A stretch of DNA of 64,000 nucleotides, taken from the NCBI GenBank assembly GCA_943371745.1, contig CALRWE010000001.1, positions 14,290 through 78,289 on the forward strand, in the 5' to 3' direction. The translations under genes and the position numbers were made by a program. The notes beneath the pieces are model-generated. The model made no database searches and had not been told where the DNA came from. It was given only the letters and a program-made list of their open reading frames with translations. This document shows, piece after piece, positions 1-11,413 of the stretch (position 1 is the first letter of the stretch; the number at the start of each line of letters is the position of its first letter). The stretch is from Rhodoferax sp. OV413 (lineage in GTDB: Bacteria; Pseudomonadota; Gammaproteobacteria; Burkholderiales; Burkholderiaceae_C).

Positions 1-121
1 TCAGGTCACTGACTACAGAGTCGACGATCTTGCCGAAGGCTGCGCCAATGATCACCCCGACTGCGAGGTCCATCACATTACCCTTGATGGCAAACTCTTT
101 GAATTCTTGAACCATGCCCAT
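1..121 (-). CDS. mscL: Large-conductance mechanosensitive channel MscL, N-terminal part (gene runs off the window)
   Basis: Reverse-complement translation from the ATG at 121 gives [40 protein letters not shown]. This closely matches the conserved MscL TM1 region (E. coli ...[28 protein letters not shown]...). Confidence 0.9.
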   Translation of the reverse strand, partial: MGMVQEFKEFAIKGNVMDLAVGVIIGAAFGKIVDSVVSDL

Positions 122-278
122 GACGTGTCCTTTTGGTTAATTTGAAGGCGTAGAGTATCGACCTGAAATCGAGCCAATAACAAGATCCCAAGCGCAATAT
201 CCGACTCGAATGCTCGCTGCAATCGCTCAGCTACAATGCAAAGTCTCCAAATAGCAGTGTTTTTCATTGAGGATTCCC

Positions 279-893
279 ATGAGTGAAACCCTAGTCGACA
301 GCGGTCAGATCGACAACAGTAAACGAACGTGGTTGATTGCTTCCGGCTGTGTTGGCGCAGTAGGCGGTGTCGCCGCTGTTGTCCCGTTTGTCAGCAGTTT
401 TCAGCCTTCCGAGAAGGCCAAGGCGGCTGGCGCAGCCGTTGAGGCTGATATTTCTGGCCTCAAACCAGGTGAGAAAATGACGGTTGAGTGGCGCGGCAAG
501 CCTGTTTGGATTGTTCGCAGAACGCCTGAGCAACTCGCTGCATTACCGGCTCTCGACGCTCAGTTGGCAGACCCCAAGTCAGAACGCAAGCCCGATGAGC
601 AGGCGCCAAAATATGCACGCAATGCGTCGCGCGCCATCAAGGATGAGTACCTGGTGGTTGTAGGTATATGTACCCATTTGGGTTGTTCACCTTCTGACAA
701 ATTCACAACGGGTGCGCAGCCATCGCTGCCGGACGATTGGCAGGGTGGGTTTTTCTGTCCTTGTCACGGATCAACGTTTGACATGGCGGGGCGTGTCTAC
801 AAAAACAAGCCGGCGCCGGATAACCTCGAAGTTCCTCCCCATATGTACCTCTCTGATGCCAAGCTGCTCATCGGTGATGACAAGAAAGCCTAA
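279..893 (+). CDS. petA: Ubiquinol-cytochrome c reductase Rieske iron-sulfur subunit
   Basis: Rieske motifs CTHLGC and CPCHGS are present. A GAGGA Shine-Dalgarno precedes the ATG at 279, whereas the ORF-track start at 267 is a TTG. It is followed by cytochrome b and c1 genes. Confidence 0.93.
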   Translation: MSETLVDSGQIDNSKRTWLIASGCVGAVGGVAAVVPFVSSFQPSEKAKAAGAAVEADISGLKPGEKMTVEWRGKPVWIVRRTPEQLAALPALDAQLADPKSERKPDEQAPKYARNASRAIKDEYLVVVGICTHLGCSPSDKFTTGAQPSLPDDWQGGFFCPCHGSTFDMAGRVYKNKPAPDNLEVPPHMYLSDAKLLIGDDKKA

Positions 894-904
894 GGAAAAA
901 CAAC

Positions 905-2305
905 ATGGCTGAATATCACGAAGTCTCTCCCAATGCGCCTGCTGGCGAAAAGCTGCTGAACTGGGTGGACAACCGGTTTCCGGCGACAAAGCTCTTTAAA
1001 GAGCACATGAGCGAGTACTACGCTCCAAAGAATTTCAATTTCTTCTATATCTTCGGCTCGCTTTCGCTTTTGGTGCTGGTGATTCAGATCGTCACCGGGA
1101 TTTTCCTTGTGATGCATTACAAGCCTGACGCAGCACTGGCGTTCGGGTCGGTTGAGTACATCATGCGTGACGTGCCTTGGGGCTGGCTGATTCGCTACAT
1201 GCACTCCACGGGTGCGTCGGCTTTCTTCGTGGTGGTTTATTTACACATGTTCCGCGGCCTGATGTATGGCAGCTACCGCAAACCACGCGAGTTGATCTGG
1301 CTCTTTGGCTGTGGCATTTTCCTGGCTTTGATGGCCGAAGCATTTATGGGTTACTTGCTGCCCTGGGGTCAGATGAGCTACTGGGGCGCCCAAGTGATTG
1401 TTAATCTGTTTGCCGCCATCCCATTTATCGGTCCTGATTTGGCTCTGCTGATTCGGGGCGATTTTGTGGTAGGCGACGCCACGTTGAACCGGTTTTTCAG
1501 TTTCCACGTGATTGCAGTGCCCCTGGTGCTTTTGGGCTTGGTCGTGGCGCACATCATTGCGTTGCACGAGGTGGGCTCCAACAACCCGGATGGCATTGAA
1601 ATCAAGGCCAAGAAAGACGCCCAAGGGCGTCCTCTGGACGGGATCCCTTTCCATCCCTACTACTCCGTGCATGACATCTTTGCCGTGAGCGTGTTTTTGA
1701 TGGTTTTCTCTGCGATCGTTTTCTTCGCGCCTGAGATGGGTGGCTACTTCCTTGAATACAACAACTTCATACCGGCAGACCCATTCCAGACGCCCTTGCA
1801 CATCGCTCCAGTCTGGTATTTCACGCCTTTCTACTCGATGTTGCGGGCTGTAACTACCGAGATGATGTACGTCCTGATTGCATGCGCTGTGTTGGGCGCT
1901 ATCTTGGCTGTGGTTAAAGGCAAAATGCCCGCCTTGTTCAAAGGTTTGATCATCGGTGCCACGGCGATGTTGGTGGCCATGATGTTGTCTATCGATGCAA
2001 AGTTCTGGGGCGTGGTCGCCATGGGCGGTGGCGTGGTGATTTTGTTTTTCCTGCCTTGGCTGGATAACAGTCCGGTGAAGTCAATCCGCTACCGTCCAGA
2101 CTGGCACAAATACCTGTACGCGCTGTTCATCATCAACTTTTTGGTGTTGGGCTACCTTGGCATCTTGCCGGTCTCTGATCTCAGTAGCCGGATCTCGCAG
2201 CTTGGAACCTTGTTTTACTTCGGTTTTTTCCTGCTGATGCCTTGGTGGAGTGGTCTCGGAAAGCCCAAGCCGGTGCCGGACCGGGTCACTTTCACGCCGC
2301 ATTGA
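905..2305 (+). CDS. petB: Cytochrome b of the bc1 complex
   Basis: A 466-aa polytopic protein with a typical cytochrome b N-terminus ([10 protein letters not shown]...[16 protein letters not shown]) and conserved His-containing helices. It lies between the Rieske and c1 genes. Confidence 0.95.
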   Translation: MAEYHEVSPNAPAGEKLLNWVDNRFPATKLFKEHMSEYYAPKNFNFFYIFGSLSLLVLVIQIVTGIFLVMHYKPDAALAFGSVEYIMRDVPWGWLIRYMHSTGASAFFVVVYLHMFRGLMYGSYRKPRELIWLFGCGIFLALMAEAFMGYLLPWGQMSYWGAQVIVNLFAAIPFIGPDLALLIRGDFVVGDATLNRFFSFHVIAVPLVLLGLVVAHIIALHEVGSNNPDGIEIKAKKDAQGRPLDGIPFHPYYSVHDIFAVSVFLMVFSAIVFFAPEMGGYFLEYNNFIPADPFQTPLHIAPVWYFTPFYSMLRAVTTEMMYVLIACAVLGAILAVVKGKMPALFKGLIIGATAMLVAMMLSIDAKFWGVVAMGGGVVILFFLPWLDNSPVKSIRYRPDWHKYLYALFIINFLVLGYLGILPVSDLSSRISQLGTLFYFGFFLLMPWWSGLGKPKPVPDRVTFTPH

Positions 2306-2318
2306 GTTGGAGAAAAAT

Positions 2319-3095
2319 ATGAAAACAACGGGTTTTACAAAAAGAATTATTGCTGGCCTGGCATTGGCGTTGGGTTTAGTGGCGGGTGCCCAAGCGGCAG
2401 GTGGTGGCATCGCATGGGATAAAGCGCCCAACAAGACCAACGACATGGTTGCTCTGCAAAACGGGGCCAAGTTGTTCGTCAATTACTGCCTCAACTGTCA
2501 CTCGGCCGCGTTCATGCGTTACAACCGGCTGACCGACATTGGCCTCACAGAGCAGCAAATCAAGGACAACCTCTTGGTAACCAACGCCAAGATTGGTGAA
2601 ACCATGAAGGCGGCCATTGATCCTCAGCAAGCCAAAGCCTGGTTTGGTGCGAATCCGCCTGACCTGACTGTGATTGCCCGCTCGCGCGCGAGTGCTGCTG
2701 GGGGCTCAGGTGCTGATTATCTCTACACCTATATGCGTACTTTCTACCGGGATGCCGACAAGCCTACTGGGTGGAATAATTTGGCTTTTCCAAACATTGC
2801 CATGCCACATGTTTTGTGGGAACTGCAAGGTGAGCGTCGCCCCATATTTGAAGAGGTGATGGCCCACGGGCATCCAACCCAAGTTCTCAAGGGATGGGAG
2901 CAGGTCAAGCCCGGCGCAATGACCGCTTTACAATACGATGAGAACATTGGCGACCTGGTGAGCTATCTTCAATGGATGGGCGAGCCAGCGCAAAACACAC
3001 GGGTCAAGATCGGTGTGTGGGTTTTGCTTTTCCTGGGTGTGTTGACCCTGTTCACGTGGCGGCTCAACGCAGCCTACTGGAAAGACATCAAATAG
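2319..3095 (+). CDS. petC: Cytochrome c1
   Basis: The signal peptide is MKTTGFTKRIIAGLALALGLVAGAQA. It has the CXXCH heme motif (CLNCHS) and a C-terminal TM anchor. The start was chosen at the ATG at 2319 after an AGAAAAA/GGAG-like region. Confidence 0.9.
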   Translation: MKTTGFTKRIIAGLALALGLVAGAQAAGGGIAWDKAPNKTNDMVALQNGAKLFVNYCLNCHSAAFMRYNRLTDIGLTEQQIKDNLLVTNAKIGETMKAAIDPQQAKAWFGANPPDLTVIARSRASAAGGSGADYLYTYMRTFYRDADKPTGWNNLAFPNIAMPHVLWELQGERRPIFEEVMAHGHPTQVLKGWEQVKPGAMTALQYDENIGDLVSYLQWMGEPAQNTRVKIGVWVLLFLGVLTLFTWRLNAAYWKDIK

Positions 3096-3150
3096 ATGTG
3101 AACAATTTGCTTGGGTCGTGCCCCTGATCGGGCGCCACTTGAGGTCTTCG

Positions 3151-3190
3151 GAGTGGGCGTGCAGTCGGCATCCCACTCTCTTTGCTTTTT
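3151..3190 (+). terminator. Possible intrinsic terminator/attenuator after petC
   Basis: A 7-bp stem GAGTGGG (3151-3157) / CCCACTC (3172-3178) is followed by the T-rich tract TCTTTGCTTTTT. Confidence 0.4.
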
Positions 3191-3204
3191 AGGAGTCCCC
3201 CGCC

Positions 3205-3816
3205 ATGATGGTGTTGTATTCAGGTACTACCTGCCCTTTTTCCCACCGCTGTCGCTTCGTGTTGTTCGAGAAGGGCATGGATTTCGAGATCCGTGACGTG
3301 GATCTGTACAACAAGCCGGAAGACATCAATGTGATGAATCCCTATGGCCAGGTCCCTATCTTGGTGGAGCGCGATCTCATTCTGTACGAGTCAAACATCA
3401 TCAATGAATACATTGATGAGCGGTTCCCGCATCCCCAGTTGATGCCCGGAGATCCGGTGGACCGGGCGCGTGTGCGTCTGTTTCTCCTGAATTTCGAAAA
3501 GGAGCTGTTCGTTCATGTCTCTATTCTGGAATCTCGCGCAGCCAAGAGCAATGAGAAAGCACTGGAAAAAGCCCGGGCTCATATCCGCGATCGGCTGACG
3601 CAACTGGCGCCGGTGTTCTTGAAAAACAAGTACATGCTGGGCGATGGTTTCTCCATGCTGGATGTCGCGATCGCACCGCTACTCTGGCGGCTGGACTACT
3701 ACGGAATCGATCTGAGCAAGAACGCAGCGCCGTTGCTGAAATATGCTGAGCGGATTTTTTCTCGCCCGGCTTACATTGAAGCATTGACTCCCTCGGAAAA
3801 GGTCATGCGCAAGTAG
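3205..3816 (+). CDS. sspA: Stringent starvation protein A (GST-like)
   Basis: A GST-fold N-terminus (LYSGTTCPFSHRCRFVLFEKG) is followed by sspB. The petABC-sspAB order is conserved. Confidence 0.9.
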   Translation: MMVLYSGTTCPFSHRCRFVLFEKGMDFEIRDVDLYNKPEDINVMNPYGQVPILVERDLILYESNIINEYIDERFPHPQLMPGDPVDRARVRLFLLNFEKELFVHVSILESRAAKSNEKALEKARAHIRDRLTQLAPVFLKNKYMLGDGFSMLDVAIAPLLWRLDYYGIDLSKNAAPLLKYAERIFSRPAYIEALTPSEKVMRK

Positions 3817-3828
3817 GGGCAGTTCCAG

Positions 3829-4362
3829 ATGCTGATGAACGACACGCCTGATGCGACTTCCACTCGTCCGTATCTCATCAGGGCTTTGTACGAGTGGTGT
3901 ACCGATAACGGTTTCACGCCTTATTTGGCTGTGTCAGTCAATGAGGCTGTGCAGGTTCCTCTTGAGTTCGTGCAAAACGGCGAGATTGTCCTGAACGTCG
4001 GTCTGGATGCCACGAGCTCTCTCAAGTTGGGAAATGACTTCATTGAGTTCAAGGCTCGTTTCTCCGGTGCTGCTCGAGAGATCATGGTGCCAGTTGGGCA
4101 AGTGATGGCAATCTATGCCCGGGAGAATGGCCAAGGAATGTCTTTTCCGGTATCCCCCCTACAAGGCAAGTCAGGTAAGTCGCCTTTGGCACCAGTTACC
4201 AAACTTGATGCAGGACCCGTACCACCAGTTGTCCAGGGCAGCAAGGCAGTCCAACTCGCGAGCGTGGAAAAAAATCCGCAACAAGCGCAGGACGATGGCA
4301 CCCCAACACCTCCGCGGTCGCCCTCCAATGCCGGCAAGCCGGCTTTGAAGCGAGTGAAATAA
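3829..4362 (+). CDS. sspB: ClpXP adaptor / stringent starvation protein B
   Basis: It has the SspB N-terminal signature RPYLIRALYEWCTDNGFTPYL, a low-complexity linker and a C-terminal basic tail (KPALKRVK). Confidence 0.9.
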   Translation: MLMNDTPDATSTRPYLIRALYEWCTDNGFTPYLAVSVNEAVQVPLEFVQNGEIVLNVGLDATSSLKLGNDFIEFKARFSGAAREIMVPVGQVMAIYARENGQGMSFPVSPLQGKSGKSPLAPVTKLDAGPVPPVVQGSKAVQLASVEKNPQQAQDDGTPTPPRSPSNAGKPALKRVK

Positions 4363-4413
4363 TCATTGATGAGCGCCAGAAACAGCCGAAGAGTCCATTA
4401 AACTATGCCCTGT

Positions 4414-4489
4414 GCCGATTTAGCTCAGTTGGTAGAGCAACCGCCTTGTAAGCGGTAGGTCGTCAGTTCGAATCCGACAATCGGCACCA
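4414..4489 (+). tRNA. tRNA-Thr (anticodon UGU)
   Basis: It folds by hand into a cloverleaf. The acceptor is GCCGATT/AATCGGC plus A and an encoded CCA. The D arm is GCTC..GAGC. The anticodon stem is ACCGC/GCGGT with loop CTTGTAA. The T loop is TTCGAAT, with one mismatch in the T stem. Confidence 0.9.
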
Positions 4490-4503
4490 CCATAAATCAT
4501 AGA

Positions 4504-4542
4504 AACCGCTGAATGGCAAGCCGCTGTTCAGCGGTTTTTTTT
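4504..4542 (+). terminator. Intrinsic terminator after tRNA-Thr (probably bidirectional)
   Basis: A 10-bp stem AACCGCTGAA / TTCAGCGGTT is followed by T8. The stop codon of the convergent minus-strand ORF lies inside the hairpin. Confidence 0.75.
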
Positions 4543-4839
4543 GATTTGGACCTTCAGACGAATTGAGTTAACCTCCCATCCCTTGACTCTTAAATGTGAA
4601 GCCAGGGATGGCAGGAGTTGCCGAAATTTGGCTGCGGACGCGTTGTTGTCAAGAATCAGGCACCACACAGGTCCGTCGATGGGTCCTGCCTGGACTGTGC
4701 CTCTGAGTGACTGCGGAATGAGAGGTTCAATAGCCTTCAGCCGCGCGACCGAATCCTGTGTGAGTTCCGTCAAGCGTGCAAACGTGGGGGATCCTTGGCT
4801 AGCCTGTAATAAGGTGACGGTTTGATGGCGGCGGTTCAT
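4528..4839 (-). CDS. DUF721/DciA-like protein (recognition-level call)
   Basis: A small protein divergent from the M23 peptidase-secA genes. The C-terminal part (GPIDGPVWCLILDNNASAAKFRQLLPSLASHLRVKGWEVNSIRLKV) resembles the DUF721 pattern. The start is uncertain: 4839 gives MNRRHQ..., and an alternative lies at 4872. Confidence 0.5.
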   Translation of the reverse strand: MNRRHQTVTLLQASQGSPTFARLTELTQDSVARLKAIEPLIPQSLRGTVQAGPIDGPVWCLILDNNASAAKFRQLLPSLASHLRVKGWEVNSIRLKVQIKKNR

Positions 4840-4866
4840 GGATGTTATTGTTGAAGGCGATACCCT

Positions 4867-5868
4867 ATGCAATTGATTATCACGGATGCCTGGTTGGCTA
4901 GAAGCCGAAGCATCCAGATCACGGTTCCCAGGCTGATATTGGCAACGATTTTGTCCTCATTGGCATTGGTGGTGGTTGCGGTGGGCATGTACCACTGGGT
5001 GTTTCTGAAGGGTGCGCGCGAAGGCTGGCCGCTGGTTGGGTCTCTGCTGCAACTTGTAGTCAAGGATGAGTTCGCGCAGCGAGATCGTTACATGCGCGAA
5101 AATCTGGATGTCCTGGCCCGCCAGGTGGGCGAGATGCAGGCCAAAGTCATGCTCCTCGAATCCTTGGGTGAACGGGTTTCAGGTCTGGCTGGCCTCAAGC
5201 CGAATGAAAAAAAGAATATGGGTCAGGGCGGCGCACTGGTGTCCAGTCAGCCCTTGTCATCGCAACAATTGTTGACCACCCTGCAGATTCTTGATGCGCA
5301 ATCGCACGAGCGTACTGAGCTCTTTACGTCGTTGGAGTCTCGATTGTTTGACCAAAAGATGCGCAACATGATGATCCCTACGCAGTTGCCCGTCATGCAG
5401 GGCGATTTGGGTTCAGCATTTGGTTGGCGCATTGATCCATTTACCGGTACGTCGGCGCTCCACACCGGCCTGGACTTCCAGGCAAGTCCCGGAACCCCTA
5501 TTGTTGCGGCCGCAGGCGGTGTGGTGGTGGCCCAGGAGTTTCACCCTGCCTACGGAAATATGGTCGAAATAGACCACGGCAATGACCTGGTCACCCGGTA
5601 TGCCCATGCGTCGAAAACGCATGTCAAGCGCGGCGACTTGGTCAAGCGGGGTCAAAAGATAGCCGAGGTGGGTTCAACTGGGCGATCAACCGGGCCGCAT
5701 CTGCATTTTGAAGTCTGGGTACAGGGCATCGCGCAAGATCCACAGAAGTTCTTGGCCTCGGGTCAGAACCCGCCGCTGCAACAGGTGTCCCGGGTGGATG
5801 CAATTTCCTCCAGTCGAAGTCCAATCCAATCCTTGCCCACAGAAAGAAGTTTGCCCGGTCAAAGGTAA
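4867..5868 (+). CDS. M23 family metallopeptidase (membrane-anchored, coiled-coil N-terminal part)
   Basis: M23/LytM motifs are present: HTGLDF, GNMVEIDHG, and STGPHLHFEV near the C-terminus. There is an N-terminal TM segment. Confidence 0.88.
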   Translation: MQLIITDAWLARSRSIQITVPRLILATILSSLALVVVAVGMYHWVFLKGAREGWPLVGSLLQLVVKDEFAQRDRYMRENLDVLARQVGEMQAKVMLLESLGERVSGLAGLKPNEKKNMGQGGALVSSQPLSSQQLLTTLQILDAQSHERTELFTSLESRLFDQKMRNMMIPTQLPVMQGDLGSAFGWRIDPFTGTSALHTGLDFQASPGTPIVAAAGGVVVAQEFHPAYGNMVEIDHGNDLVTRYAHASKTHVKRGDLVKRGQKIAEVGSTGRSTGPHLHFEVWVQGIAQDPQKFLASGQNPPLQQVSRVDAISSSRSPIQSLPTERSLPGQR

Positions 5869-6011
5869 AATCAAGGACTTGGTTATCGTGGCGCCATCAC
5901 TTCAGTGGGTAGAGTTGTATTTTGGCGCGGTGACCCCATTTCATTCAGACTAAGAAAAAGGATTGCGCTGCTTATTTGACCTTTGGAGGTCGAAGGGTTC
6001 GTCTTGCATTC

Positions 6012-8777
6012 ATGGCCACAAATATTCTCACCAAAATCTTCGGCAGTCGAAATGACCGCCTGCTCAAACAGTACCGCACTGGCGTTGTACGAATCAATGC
6101 AATGGAGGTTGAGCTTGAAAAGTTGACCGACGACGCGTTGCGTGCCAAGACGCAGGAGTTCAAGGCCCGCGCGGAAAAAGGCGAGACACTGGACTCGCTT
6201 TTGCCCGAGGCTTTTGCGGTGGTGCGGGAAGGCTCCAAGCGGGTGATGAAAATGCGTCATTTTGACGTCCAGATGCTCGGTGGGATGTCTCTGCACAACG
6301 GAAAGATCTCCGAGATGGGCACGGGCGAGGGCAAGACGCTGACCGCGACGCTGCCGGTGTACCTCAATGCCTTGACCGGCAAGGGTGTGCATGTGGTTAC
6401 GGTGAATGACTACCTCGCCAACCGTGATGCGCAGTGGATGGGCAAGCTCTATAACTTCCTGGGTCTGACCGTGGGCATCAATTTGCCCAATATGGCGCGA
6501 GAGGAAAAGCAGGCGGCCTATCGCGCAGACATCACCTATGGCACCAACAACGAATACGGTTTTGATTACCTGCGTGACAACATGGTCTACGAGGCCGCCG
6601 ACCGGGTGCAGCGAGGCCTGAACTACGCGATTGTGGACGAGGTGGATTCGATCCTGATCGATGAAGCCCGCACGCCGCTGATCATCAGTGGACAGGCCGA
6701 GGATCACACGGACCTCTATCTGGCGATCAATAAAGTGGTTCCCTTGCTGTTCAAACAAGAGGGCGAGGAAGATCCGCGAACCGGGGAGGGCATCACCAAG
6801 CCCGGTGACTTCACGCTCGATGAGAAAAGTCGTCAGGTTTTTTTAACCGAGCGGGGTCATGAAAGTGCCGAGAAGATTCTCTTTGAGTTGGGGTTGATTC
6901 CAGAAGGTGCGACACTTTACGACCCAGCCAACATCACGCTGATGCACCATTTGTACGCCGCCCTGCGTGCCAACCATCTCTACCATCGTGATCAACACTA
7001 TGTGGTGCAAGAAGGTGAAGTCGTCATCGTGGATGAGTTCACTGGTCGGCTGATGTCGGGGCGGCGCTGGAGTGAGGGTCTACATCAGGCTGTGGAGGCC
7101 AAGGAAGGTGTCGGCATTCAGCCTGAAAACCAGACCATGGCGTCCATCACTTTTCAGAACTATTTCCGCCTGTACAGCAAGCTGGCAGGCATGACGGGTA
7201 CCGCCGATACCGAAGCTTATGAGTTTCAGGAGATCTACGGCCTGGAGACCGTGGTCATGCCGCCTAACCGCCCGAGTAAGCGCGTCGATCAACTCGACCG
7301 CGTCTACAAGACAACACGTGAAAAGTACGAAGCCGCCATCGCGGATATTCGTGAATGCTACGAGCGCGGCCAGCCTGTTCTGGTCGGAACTACCTCGATC
7401 GAAAACTCGGAGATCATTGCGGACCTGTTGCAGAAAGAGAAGCTGCCGCACCAGGTCCTGAACGCCAAGCAACATGCGCGCGAGGCGGACATCGTTGCCC
7501 AGGCTGGCCGTGCCAAGATGATCACCATTGCCACCAACATGGCAGGTCGGGGAACCGACATTGTGTTGGGCGGCAACATCAGCCAGGCGGTTGAAGCGGT
7601 AGAGAACGACGATTCCTTGAGCGCCGACCAGAAGCAAGCGCAGCTCGATGTCATCCGGGCCCAATGGCAAAAAGACCACGAACAGATCAAGGCACTGGGC
7701 GGCTTGCGCATCATTGCGACCGAGCGTCACGAGTCGCGCCGCATTGACAACCAATTGCGGGGCCGTTCGGGGCGGCAGGGTGACCCGGGTTCTTCGCGCT
7801 TCTACTTGAGTCTGGATGACTCACTCATGCGTATTTTTGCAGGCGACCGGGTGAGGGCTATCATGGATCGCCTCAAGATGCCGGATGGTGAGGCAATCGA
7901 GGCGGGAATTGTGACCCGGAGCATTGAAAGCGCCCAACGCAAGGTTGAGGCTCGTAACTTTGACATGCGCAAGCAGCTGCTGGAGTACGACGACGTGTCC
8001 AACGATCAGCGCAAGGTGATTTACCAGCAGCGCAACGAGATACTGGACGCTACGAACCTCACAGGCCAGATCACCTCGTTGCGTGAAGGCTGTTTCCAAG
8101 ATCTTGTGCGCCAGTATGTCCCTGCCGAATCGGTCGAAGAGCAGTGGGACGTAGCGACCCTCGAGAAGGCCTTGGCGGACGAGTGGCAGGTGGTTTTGCC
8201 CTTGCAACAACAGGTGAGTGCCGCCAGCGCCATCACAGACGATGATTTGCTTGAGCTGGTCCGTAACGAAGTCAATACGGTCTTCAATGCCAAAGTGGCG
8301 CAGGTGGGTGGAGATGGCTTCACCCAGTTCGAACGCATGGTCCTGTTGCAAAGCATCGATACCAATTGGCGCGACCACCTGAGTTCACTGGATTATTTGC
8401 GCCAGGGCATCCATTTGCGGGGCTATGCACAAAAGCAGCCCAAGCAGGAGTACAAGCGTGAGGCGTTCGAGTTGTTTGGCCAGATGCTCGACGCGGTCAA
8501 GAATGAGGTGACGAAGATACTCATGACAGTCAAAATCCAGTCCAATGAGCAGCTGGAAGAAGCGGCCCAGGATCTGGAGCGCCGCGGCGAGAAAATTGCC
8601 AATGTAACCTATACCGCACCCACCGAAACGGGCGAAATCGAGACCATCGTGGACGCCGAAACGGTCAACAGGGGTCCAGCGTCATTGGCCGGCGCTGTCC
8701 CGCGGGTGGGGCGCAATGAAGCCTGCCCCTGCGGCAGTGGAAAAAAATACAAGCATTGCCACGGCAAGCTGGACTGA
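6012..8777 (+). CDS. secA: Preprotein translocase ATPase SecA
   Basis: It has the canonical N-terminus [19 protein letters not shown], the Walker A motif MGTGEGKT, and a C-terminal zinc-binding tail [14 protein letters not shown]. Confidence 0.97.
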   Translation: MATNILTKIFGSRNDRLLKQYRTGVVRINAMEVELEKLTDDALRAKTQEFKARAEKGETLDSLLPEAFAVVREGSKRVMKMRHFDVQMLGGMSLHNGKISEMGTGEGKTLTATLPVYLNALTGKGVHVVTVNDYLANRDAQWMGKLYNFLGLTVGINLPNMAREEKQAAYRADITYGTNNEYGFDYLRDNMVYEAADRVQRGLNYAIVDEVDSILIDEARTPLIISGQAEDHTDLYLAINKVVPLLFKQEGEEDPRTGEGITKPGDFTLDEKSRQVFLTERGHESAEKILFELGLIPEGATLYDPANITLMHHLYAALRANHLYHRDQHYVVQEGEVVIVDEFTGRLMSGRRWSEGLHQAVEAKEGVGIQPENQTMASITFQNYFRLYSKLAGMTGTADTEAYEFQEIYGLETVVMPPNRPSKRVDQLDRVYKTTREKYEAAIADIRECYERGQPVLVGTTSIENSEIIADLLQKEKLPHQVLNAKQHAREADIVAQAGRAKMITIATNMAGRGTDIVLGGNISQAVEAVENDDSLSADQKQAQLDVIRAQWQKDHEQIKALGGLRIIATERHESRRIDNQLRGRSGRQGDPGSSRFYLSLDDSLMRIFAGDRVRAIMDRLKMPDGEAIEAGIVTRSIESAQRKVEARNFDMRKQLLEYDDVSNDQRKVIYQQRNEILDATNLTGQITSLREGCFQDLVRQYVPAESVEEQWDVATLEKALADEWQVVLPLQQQVSAASAITDDDLLELVRNEVNTVFNAKVAQVGGDGFTQFERMVLLQSIDTNWRDHLSSLDYLRQGIHLRGYAQKQPKQEYKREAFELFGQMLDAVKNEVTKILMTVKIQSNEQLEEAAQDLERRGEKIANVTYTAPTETGEIETIVDAETVNRGPASLAGAVPRVGRNEACPCGSGKKYKHCHGKLD

Positions 8778-8791
8778 AATCGAGCAGAAAC

Positions 8792-10021
8792 ATGGCTGTT
8801 AATTTGCCCCCACCCAACCCGTCCGAGCTGTACCCTATTCAGGGGCTGCGCATTGGTGTTACTGAAGCCGGAATCCGAAAAGCAAACCGCAAGGACCTGA
8901 CGGTGGTGCTCATCGATGAGGGTGCCTCCGTGTCCGGGGTATTCACCCAAAACCGCTTTTGTGCCGCACCCGTGCAGATCTGCCGCGAGCACATGGCCAG
9001 CACAAGCGGCATTCGGGCCATGCTCATCAACACGGGCAATGCCAATGCAGGCACCGGTGAAGAGGGTCGTTTCCGCGCCTTGCACACCTGTACGGCGCTC
9101 GCTGGCAAGCTCAATGTGGCCTCTGACCAGGTTTTGCCTTTTTCGACCGGCGTCATCATGGAAACCCTTCCGGTGGATCGCATCGAGGCGGGTCTCGATG
9201 GTGCTTTGGCCGATGCGCGCGAAGACAATTGGTTGCGCGCTGCCGAAGGCATCATGACCACGGACACCATCGCCAAGGCGTATGGCACGCAGGTGATGAT
9301 CGGCGACACACGGGTCAGTATTACCGGCATCAGCAAGGGCGCCGGCATGATTCGGCCCAATATGGCCACCATGCTGGGTTTCCTGGCGACTGACGCTTGC
9401 GTCAGTCAGCTGCTTATGCATCAGTTGGCGACCGAGTTGGCGGACGGCTCATTCAATCGGGTTACCGTGGATGGAGATACCTCCACCAACGACTCGTTTG
9501 TGGTGATTGCCACCAACAAGGCACTTCACGCCCCAATTGAATCTCTGGACAGTCCAGAGGGTCAAACGCTCAAGCTGGCCATGCTTGAGGTGGCACGTAA
9601 ACTGGCCCAAGCCATTGTTCGGGATGGTGAAGGGGCGACCAAATTCATTGCCATCAAGGTCGAGGGTGGGAAAACCAAGGCCGAGTGCCGTCAAGTGGCC
9701 TATGCCATTGCCCATTCTCCCTTGGTCAAGACTGCGTTTTTTGCCAGTGACCCGAACCTGGGGCGTATTTTGGCCGCTGTGGGGTATGCCGGCATTGATG
9801 ATCTGGATCAGAGTGGCATTGACCTCTACCTTGATGAGGTGCATGTGGCGATGAAGGGCGGACGAAATCCCTTGTACCGTGAAGAGGATGGCCAGCGTGT
9901 CATGAAGCAAAGCGAGATCACGGTGTGCGTGGTCTTGGGCCGGGGTGATGCATTTGATGCGATCTGGACGTGTGACCTGAGTCATGACTACGTCACGATC
10001 AATGCAGACTATCGCTCATGA
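8792..10021 (+). CDS. argJ: Bifunctional ornithine acetyltransferase / N-acetylglutamate synthase ArgJ
   Basis: ArgJ signatures are present, including the autoprocessing region [18 protein letters not shown]. It is about 409 aa. Confidence 0.92.
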   Translation: MAVNLPPPNPSELYPIQGLRIGVTEAGIRKANRKDLTVVLIDEGASVSGVFTQNRFCAAPVQICREHMASTSGIRAMLINTGNANAGTGEEGRFRALHTCTALAGKLNVASDQVLPFSTGVIMETLPVDRIEAGLDGALADAREDNWLRAAEGIMTTDTIAKAYGTQVMIGDTRVSITGISKGAGMIRPNMATMLGFLATDACVSQLLMHQLATELADGSFNRVTVDGDTSTNDSFVVIATNKALHAPIESLDSPEGQTLKLAMLEVARKLAQAIVRDGEGATKFIAIKVEGGKTKAECRQVAYAIAHSPLVKTAFFASDPNLGRILAAVGYAGIDDLDQSGIDLYLDEVHVAMKGGRNPLYREEDGQRVMKQSEITVCVVLGRGDAFDAIWTCDLSHDYVTINADYRS

Positions 10022-10896
10022 ACGAACAATTCACGCATTTACTGTCTCGGGCCGAGGAGCTCATCACCCGCATAGAGTCGGTTTTGCCTCAGGCGTTGTC
10101 GGCGCCAGACTGGGCGGCTGCAGTGGCTTACCGTTACCGCAAGCGAAGCTCGGGCCATGGTGCGCTGGAGCCCATTCGCCACATCGGCCCCATGCGCCTG
10201 TCTGACTTGAAGGAAATTGACCTGCAAAAGGAAAAAATCCAGCGCAACATCCTTCAGTTCGTCTCCGGTAAGCCTGCCAACAATGTGTTGTTGACCGGTG
10301 CCCGGGGAACTGGCAAGTCATCCTTGGTCAAGGCATGTTTGAACGAATATGCCGCATCAGGTCTGCGCTTGATTGAGGTGGACAAGGCCGATCTGACGGA
10401 CCTGCCTGATATTGTGGATGTGGTGTCGGAGCGCCCTGAAAAATTCATTGTATTTTGCGATGACCTTAGCTTTGAGGACGGTGAACCTGGTTACAAGGCC
10501 CTCAAGTCCACACTGGATGGGTCCGTTGCCGCGACGACATCCAATGTGCTGATTTTTGCGACCAGCAATCGGCGCCATTTGTTGCCCGAGTACATGAAGG
10601 AAAACCTCACTTACACCCATACGGACGATGGTGAGGTTCATCCTGGTGAGGGCGTGGAAGAAAAAATTTCGCTTTCGGAACGGTTTGGCTTGTGGGTCAG
10701 CTTCTACCCCTTTTCCCAAAATGAGTACCTGGTGATCGTGGCGCAGTGGTTGTCTTCATTCGATGTGGCTCCCGAAGCTATCGCTGCTGCACGGCCTGAA
10801 GCGCTGGTATGGGCCCTGGAGCGGGGCTCGCGCAGCGGCCGTGTCGCATACCAGTTTGCCCGTGATTACGCAGGCCGGCACGCTGCGGCGACATGA
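10018..10896 (+). CDS. DUF815-type AAA ATPase
   Basis: It has the Walker A motif GARGTGKSS and a Walker B-like [10 protein letters not shown]. The ATGA overlaps the argJ stop. Confidence 0.75.
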   Translation: MNEQFTHLLSRAEELITRIESVLPQALSAPDWAAAVAYRYRKRSSGHGALEPIRHIGPMRLSDLKEIDLQKEKIQRNILQFVSGKPANNVLLTGARGTGKSSLVKACLNEYAASGLRLIEVDKADLTDLPDIVDVVSERPEKFIVFCDDLSFEDGEPGYKALKSTLDGSVAATTSNVLIFATSNRRHLLPEYMKENLTYTHTDDGEVHPGEGVEEKISLSERFGLWVSFYPFSQNEYLVIVAQWLSSFDVAPEAIAAARPEALVWALERGSRSGRVAYQFARDYAGRHAAAT

Positions 10897-11336
10897 TGGC
10901 GCCACCCTTGGTGGCCGATGCGGATTTACCCCGCGAGGGCGGGTTGGACCGGCCTGTAGTTGACGTGGCAGTGGGCGTCTTGATTCGGCCAAACGGTGAT
11001 TTTCTGTTGACATCCAGGCCCCCCGGCAAGGCGTATGCTGGCTACTGGGAGTTTCCTGGCGGCAAGTTGGAGGCTGGTGAAACCGTTGCGCAAGCGCTGA
11101 CGCGCGAGCTCACCGAAGAACTCGGCATCACCATCGGCCCCGTGACGCCCTGGAAAGTTTCGATGGTGGATTACCCTCACGCCTTGGTGCGGTTGAATTT
11201 CTGCAAAGTGTTCAACTGGGTTGGTGAACTGCAAATGCGCGAGGCCCAATCATTCGCATGGCAACGGTTGCCTGTTAACGTGGCGCCCATTTTGCCGGGC
11301 ACGGTCCCGGTGCTGCAATGGCTTGCCGACGAATAA
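10893..11336 (+). CDS. Nudix hydrolase (MutT/8-oxo-dGTP diphosphatase-like)
   Basis: It has the Nudix box GGKLEAGETVAQALTRELTEELGI. Its start overlaps the upstream stop. Confidence 0.85.
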   Translation: MMAPPLVADADLPREGGLDRPVVDVAVGVLIRPNGDFLLTSRPPGKAYAGYWEFPGGKLEAGETVAQALTRELTEELGITIGPVTPWKVSMVDYPHALVRLNFCKVFNWVGELQMREAQSFAWQRLPVNVAPILPGTVPVLQWLADE

Positions 11337-11348
11337 GCGTTGTGGGAT

Positions 11349-11410
11349 CGCTATAAAATTTGAATGTCTATATGTATATAAAACGCCGACCAGAGGCTGT
11401 TTTTCTATAC
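11349..11410. repeat. AT-rich intergenic repeat, copy 1
   Basis: It contains cgctataaaatttgaatgtctatatgtatataaaacgccgaccagaggctg. The gctat[g/a]aaat core and a downstream ...agagg... are shared with copies at 25265, 27526 and (reverse) 57421. Confidence 0.45.
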
Positions 11411-11413
11411 AAC

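Noticed and set aside
267-278. ORF-track start of petA at 267 (MRIPMSE...). The same kind of 5' extension occurs for petC (2250), secA (5976), argJ (8756), pilB (16889), ispB (18141), proS (22374), slyD (25337) and prfA (28759).
   Set aside because: The extensions begin at non-ATG or poorly placed codons, overlap upstream genes or repeats, and lack family-typical N-termini. Internal ATGs restore the canonical N-terminal sequences.
5883-6758. Long minus-strand ORF (291 aa) antisense to secA. Similar long antisense ORFs lie opposite other genes, for example 7080-7754, 8609-9421, 27626-28537, 44232-45260, 48059-49069, 53461-54945, 54946-56343 and 62479-63888.
   Set aside because: Each lies fully inside a confidently identified gene on the other strand. 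Their translations are Arg/Gly/Ala/His-rich low-complexity with no motifs. These are typical shadow ORFs of high-GC DNA.
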